64,000 nucleotides of DNA, from NCBI RefSeq assembly GCF_009914755.1, contig NC_060926.1. The stretch is one strand, 5' to 3'. The DNA comes from the human T2T-CHM13v2.0 reference genome, Homo sapiens. The translations under genes and the position numbers were made by a program. Position 1 is the stretch's first letter; each line of letters opens with the position of its first letter. The notes beneath the pieces are model-generated. The model saw only the letters and a program-made list of their open reading frames with translations, was not told the origin of the DNA and searched no databases. This document shows, one piece after another, positions 61,761-64,000 of the stretch.

Positions 61761-62258
61761 GGGGCAGGGAATGGGAAAACATAAACCGGCCCAAGATAGA
61801 TTGTAGCGCATTGAGAAGTCAACAAACAATTATGGTGGAAAGTTTAGTTATGGAGGAGACGATTTAAAGAGGGTAGAAGCTGGAAGGAAATGGAGCTGAG
61901 GGGCTTTTATTATAATATTCTTCAAGCTGCTGGAAATCTGTGATGTTTAAAGGCTGATAGGAAGAATTCATTAGTGATAAAGAGGTTGACCATAAGCTAA
62001 AATAGCCAGAGTTATAACTCCTCTTAAAATTCTTTGCCCAGTCTGTCCTGTTACCTTTCAGTATTCTAAATAAGTTAATTCCAAACTAATTTTGGACTTC
62101 ACTGAGATCTTGTTACACAAGATTGCAAATTCCTATAAAGTATGATTCAAACTATTCTACTTATTTGTTCTGGGTAGCATTTAGTGTCTTAAATAGAGAA
62201 AATTTTCAACAAATATTATTTTTATTACTGATTTGTTTCTTTATTTTTTGAGCAAATA

Positions 62259-62367
62259 TATTTAATTTTTAATTTTTGTGAGTACATAGTAGGTATATAT
62301 ATTTATGGGGTACAGGAGATGTTTTGATACAGGCATGCAATGCGTAATCACATCATGGAGAATGAGG
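62259..62367 (-). mobile_element. Short 5'-truncated L1MA-type 3' end
   Basis: tttgtgagtacatagtaggtatatatatttatggggtac...atcacatcatggagaatg; TSD core tgagcaaata (62249, 62368). Confidence 0.75.
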
Positions 62368-62434
62368 TGAGCAAATACTTATTTAATCTCCATTGTATGC
62401 CAGACATTTTTCTAGGTGCCAAGGATGTTAAGGT

Positions 62435-62465
62435 TACCAGGCCATACACACTACCAGGCCATACA
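62435..62465. repeat. 17-bp-period duplication
   Basis: taccaggccataca at 62435 and 62452. Confidence 0.85.
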
Positions 62466-62861
62466 TACCCCTTGTTCTCGAGGAGTTTATCATCTAGGGA
62501 GTCAGTTAATGAAATAATTATGGATTGCAAATGGTACTTAAAATGGCATGGTGGTAGACAATCATCTTGAGTGGCTACTGTATATACACACTCTTTTCCT
62601 ATGAACTTTTCTTTCCATTGTTGGAGGGAGAATAATTACAAGCTATTAAAGAGTTAAATGACTTAAGATGGAAAGAAAAAGGTAGTCAGTAACGGAGACT
62701 ACTTTTGGCATAGCGAGTTTACTCCTCTGTTTACCATTTCTAAAGGTCATGGGACTCTGATGCCTATAATGGGCTGTATGTTTTGCAGGTTTTGTTGGTT
62801 GATCATTACTTAGCCTCTGAGAGACTAACCAACTCTCCATGTTTTCTCTTTTCCCTTTTAG

Positions 62862-63086
62862 TAATTTGCCATCTTCCATGTATGAATGGTGGCCAGTGCA
62901 GTTCAAGGGACAAATGTCAGTGCCCTCCAAATTTCACAGGAAAACTTTGTCAGATCCCAGTCCATGGTGCCAGCGTGCCTAAACTTTATCAGCATTCCCA
63001 GCAGCCAGGCAAGGCGTTGGGGACGCATGTCATCCATTCAACACATACCTTGCCTCTGACCGTGACTAGCCAGCAAGGAGTCAAAG
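62862..63086 (+). CDS. LTBP1: LTBP1 225-nt exon: EGF-like domain [28 protein letters not shown] plus linker, phase 1-1
   Basis: Branch-like ACTAAC 62824-62829, pyrimidine tract, TTTTAG|TA acceptor. G+TA completes Val, giving ...NFRV-VICHLPC. Donor AAG|GTAAGC at 63086/63087. Confidence 0.96.
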
Positions 63087-64000
63087 GTAAGCTTTTTTCA
63101 TTCCGCCCATTTGCCAGACCTCTGTTAACCTGCCAAACCCACATAGAAGTCAAGGATCTGCGGGTGGCCAGGGCTGGTATTGAAACAGAAAGGAGTACAT
63201 GATTTGTGGCCTGAGAAATGGCAGTAGAGACAGAATGTGGGCCCAGGTATGTAGCTGCAGTACTTTCTAGGCCATAGAGAGTTAGTGTCTAGGAAATAAG
63301 AAAATAAAAAGGAGCCCATTCTTCTCTAGTGATTCTTTACCACCAAGAGCTAATAAATGTGCATGGTACTGTTCTGACAAGGCCTGGGAAATAGAAAGAT
63401 GAGCAAGACAGTGTTCTGGCCCTTACAGCATTAATAAGCTAGTGGATCGCACAGTACCTGCTGGTGAACTTCACAATTGAAGAATGCTTGGTTTTAGTTG
63501 TAAACAATCATTTAACCTCACTGGACTTCAATTTGTTCGTCTGTAGAGGAAAGTAAACTAGGTCACTTGGAGCTCAAAAATTCTATGACGAATTCATCCT
63601 TTTAAACCTGGCATTTTTATAAATGCACACTTTTAAAAAGGGAATCATAGAAGTTTACTGGCTCTAATTCTTTAAAACCTGAGTCCTTGCATCAGGAGAT
63701 GAGATTTTGTTTGAAAGCTACGGAAAGTAGCTTGTTATAGATATAAAATAATGCACTTTGGTATTTTGTGTGTGTGTATGTCACAAGAAGCACAAAAATA
63801 ACAGGTACTGTATTATTTAAGGGTAAGAGAATTGTGCCTTGTAAAACTGGGTTTTCTCTTTTAATAGAAACATGTAAATCCTACAATTTTTATGACAGAA
63901 ATTTTATGAGAAATTCAAAAATAATCAAATGCTTGATCTTTCTGATTAACATTTGATAAAATTTACCTGCTTAGAACAAGCAGCATGAATTTCACAGCTT

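Noticed and set aside
62783-62861. Upstream extension of the 139-aa ORF as coding sequence
   Set aside because: It is the branch point and pyrimidine tract of the intron; the real exon starts at 62862.

Overview
This is human/primate genomic DNA from inside LTBP1 (latent TGF-beta binding protein 1), transcribed on the + strand; I recognised it from the translated exons. It contains the alternative first exon of the short isoform LTBP-1S (ATG 10753, donor 10976). The 3' part of that exon (10808-10975) is also the internal exon used by LTBP-1L. A 51.9-kb intron (10976-62861) follows, then the EGF-like exon 62862-63086. The rest is intronic and repeat-rich: about 20 Alu/FLAM copies, a full-length but dead sense L1PA3/4-type element (46025-52200), a twin-primed L1PB, MLT1 and MSTA solo LTRs, MER5/20/30/58 and Tigger relics, and MIR/L2/L3 fragments. 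Almost all other ORFs in the track are repeat-derived or chance. I see no evidence for a new multi-gene system. The most unusual signal is a ~125-bp patchwork at 52702-52826, assembled from four templated pieces of two donor sites at 44.1 and 44.8 kb with microhomology junctions. Two more fold-back insertions occur inside Alus (26796, 53491). Other notable points: the LTBP-1S signal-peptide codons double as the LTBP-1L polypyrimidine tract; a perfect 52-bp-period duplication lies near the S promoter; there is a near-pristine AluY; and L1 ORF0 is extended to 166 aa. Repeat subfamily names come from recalled consensus features and need RepeatMasker/Dfam confirmation.
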